A stretch of 64,000 bases of DNA from Lama guanicoe. Its lineage: Eukaryota. Shown one piece after another: positions 61,201 through 64,000 of the stretch. The position numbers and the translations under genes are program-made. The stretch is taken from contig MU054338.1 of the NCBI GenBank assembly GCA_013239625.1, positions 6,798,724 through 6,862,723 of the forward strand, given 5' to 3'. Under the pieces are notes generated by a model that was not told where the DNA came from, searched no databases, and worked only from the letters and a program-made list of their open reading frames with translations. Position 1 is the stretch's first letter, and each line of letters starts with the position of its first letter.

Positions 61201-63255
61201 ATGACTCATCTCCTTTCCTGAGGTACTGCTCTCCATCCCACCTTTTGACTCTGAACTGCCCTCTGCTCCCCACTCCAGGGTGACTTTGGTCATGTGGGGC
61301 AACCTGGTCCCCCGGGAGAGAATGGTGATAAGGTAAGTTTGGAAGAGAGTTAGGGGATGATTTAGAAGCTAGAAAGCCAGAACAAGAGGAGTAGAGCATT
61401 CAGGAGACTGGATGAGGGGTGAGGGTCTGCACTGGAGGGTCAGGAGGTCCCAGTAGGGCTCAAAAAGACAGATTGAGAGCTGGGGGTTAGTACTGGAGTT
61501 AGGAGGTGAGACTCAGGATTGCAGGCCCAGGATTGGGGTCAGGGGCCTGAACTGAATCACATCTATTCAGGTGCCTGGATTCCGCCACATGCTCTGTCTC
61601 TGAGATCCCCTGGGAGGGGCTACCTAGATGAGGGAAGGTGATTCTCCAAGGGTTATACCTCCCCTCTCCCCACGTAATGATGCTTTCCCACAGGGAGCAG
61701 AGGGACCTCCAGGGCCCACTGGCCAGGCTGGGGAGCCGGTGAGTATCAGGGACCCCCCGGGCCCCTTGCCTGGCACAGGGGAAGGAGTCAGGATTCACAG
61801 GGCCTCAGAGCAGTGATGCTGCAATAATGCTCCTACGTCCTTGCAGGGCCCCCGAGGACTGATTGGCCCTAGAGGCTCCCCTGGCTCCCTGGGACGCCCG
61901 GTGAGAATGCCACTGTCTCTCTGCATATCTGTTTGCCCTTTTCTTGCCTTTCTCTCCTCTGCATGTCCATTTCTGTTGCCTGGCTTCTCTGCCTGCTCAC
62001 CTTTTCACCTGTGCCTCTCAGTGTCTCAGACACAGGCTCCAGTGCATGTGCCTGCCCTGGTCTCACACCCTCTCCTCCCCCAGGGTGTAGTTGGAATCGA
62101 TGGTGCTCCAGGTGCCAAAGGAAATGTGGTACGTGTTCTGACCCCTGATGCCTTCTGACACTCTGACCCTATGATCATCCATAACCTTGACCACTCCCAT
62201 GACCCCTCATTTCAACTTCACTGACACCTCAATACAATGATTCTGTTTGGCTTCACAGAACCCTCACTTTCTCCCCAGGGTCCTCCAGGGGAACCAGGCC
62301 CTCCAGGACAGCAGGGAAATCCTGGATCTCAGGTTTGAGCTACCTTTCCCAATAATGAAGGGTGGTGGGGCCAGCCAAGGTCATAGACCACTCCTAGCCT
62401 CCCCAACCTTTGCACTCACTGCCCCTTTCTCATGCTTCCCTTCTCCCTCTTTTTTGATGTCTTCAGGGAATCCCTGGCCCCCAGGGACCCATTGGCACCC
62501 CTGGGGAGAAGGTGAGTGACAGCTCTATCTACCCATCTTCAGATGGAGCTGTGGGTCAAAGACACTTCTAATGAAAGGGGTGTGGGTAGGGAGTCCCCAA
62601 CCCCAACAAGTCTTTCACACTGTTTTTATATCCCTTGTCTCAATTGTCCCAGAAGCGGAGGATTTCTTAGGCTCAGAGAGGGGAGGGGGCTTGTCCAAGG
62701 TCACACAGCAAGTTTGGAAGAGCTGGGGATAGATTTCCTGGCCAGTGGTATCTGTTTTTTCTCTAACCTTGAGGTAGATGCATGTCTGAGTAAAGTTGTT
62801 TCTGGTGGAATGCTAGGCTCTGAGCCTCCCTGTCTCCCCCTACTATTCATTGGTTTCAGGGTCCACCTGGAAACCCAGGGATTCCAGGCCTCCCAGGATC
62901 CGATGGCCCTCTGGTGAGAACTGAATGCTGGGAGGAGGAAGGAGAAGAGGGAGGGCCTGGGAATCTGGAATGCAAATCAACTTTCTGACAACTTAGAATG
63001 TTTTCCTCTCAGGGTCACCCAGGTCACGAGGGCCCGACAGGAGAGAAAGGGGCCCAGGTGAGTGACTTGGAGAGGGGCTGATTTGGGGGTGAAGGTTGGT
63101 AAGCAGGGCCAAGAGTCAGGGGCTAATGAGGAGAGAGATGAGGGCACTGGGAACATGGAGGAGAAAAGGGCTGGATGGCAGTAATCTTACCTCTGTCTCA
63201 GGGTCCATCAGGATCAGCAGGCCCTCCGGGCTACCCTGGACCTCGGGGTGTGAAG
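49039..63255 (+). CDS. COL5A3: Collagen alpha-3(V) chain, exons 1-27 (partial; continues beyond the window)
   Basis: Exons 49039-49126, 52966-53124, 53209-53398, 53474-53630, 54332-54436, 54748-54900, 56706-56819, 56927-57070, 58312-58359, 58432-58473, 58792-58854, 59425-59499, 59602-59685, 59868-59924, 60016-60069, 60267-60320, 60900-60953, 61036-61089, 61279-61332, 61694-61738, 61847-61900, 62084-62128, 62279-62332, 62467-62511, 62860-62913, 63013-63057, 63202-63255. Signal peptide [26 protein letters not shown] domain ([23 protein letters not shown]); Lys/Arg-rich exon 6; then 54/45-nt Gly-X-Y exons. Confidence 0.96.
58168..58229. repeat. Compound (CG)n(TG)n microsatellite
   Basis: About 62 bp of uninterrupted purine-pyrimidine alternation. 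Confidence 0.9.
58970..59424 (+). repeat. CT-rich low-complexity tract before COL5A3 exon 12
   Basis: About 450 nt of strongly C/T-rich sequence ending at the acceptor AG (59423-59424). Confidence 0.8.
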
Positions 63256-64000
63256 GTAGGTGATACTTGGGGCCTGCAGACAGGGTTGATTCACCAGCAT
63301 TGACCTCCAGGAGCCAGGTCCATCAGAAATGTCCCCATGTGTGGTGAGAGGAATCAGTCTGCCAGGCAAAGTGTGGTAGGAGTGGGGTTTGGGTCTGAGT
63401 GACAATATATAGTAAGGTGTGTGCTACTATGGAGCTGAACAGCCAAAAAGTAGCATTACAGTATAACCGTCACTTTGTGGTTGAGGATAGTTAAACCCAC
63501 AGGCCGTCAAACTCATTCCACTATGAGCACACACAGCACATCCAAGTCGACGTCAGCACATTGTAGTCAAGCAGAGGATTGTTTTTTCAAGCTCAAACCC
63601 AGAGCCACACAATCTACAAGCGCATAAATGCTGGGACAAGCTGAGAGCTGTACTGTACTGCTTACAGATTCATTTTTAACCAAGTGAAGGGACATGGGGA
63701 CTCACATCTATATGGTAGCCAGGTTTAGTTACATTGTAGCCAAGTACAGGTACCCATTACCGGTGGTCTAAGAACAGAGTTTGGTGGTAGCCAAGAGCCA
63801 GCTCCTTACATTTTTGCATTGTAGACAAGCTCAGTTACACTATAACCAAGGAGGTAGCTATACTGCAGCTGGCTACAAAGTCCTGTGGGTGTCCAAACTC
63901 AGAGTTCCATTGTAGCCAGGCATGGTTTTATATATTCATACATCATTGAAGGCTGTGTTGTTACTCAGTCTAGTTACTTGGCAACCATGGCCAGAGAACA

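Overview
Mammalian genomic DNA with spliced genes; repeated Vic-1-like tRNA-derived SINEs suggest a camelid. I traced three genes exon by exon. (1) An apparently intact, 41-exon complement C3 paralogue on the minus strand (32424->7727; 4974-nt CDS, 1657 aa by manual assembly). It lies where human has the C3P1 pseudogene. (2) RDH8, photoreceptor retinol dehydrogenase (minus strand, 47233->42226, 6 exons, 312 aa). (3) The first 27 exons of COL5A3 (plus strand from 49039, running off the right edge), head-to-head with RDH8. The main finding is the C3 paralogue. It keeps the signal peptide, furin site, anaphylatoxin cysteines and most disulfides, but its key C3 switches differ: thioester GCPEQ instead of GCGEQ, catalytic His replaced by Met, and convertase P1 Arg replaced by Thr. 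Its upstream region has a consensus NF-kB site and two STAT/GAS sites. The rest of the window is ordinary repeat-rich DNA, with a solo ERV LTR, CTCF motifs and several degenerate tandem repeats. All comparisons to C3 use the human sequence from memory; no database search was run.
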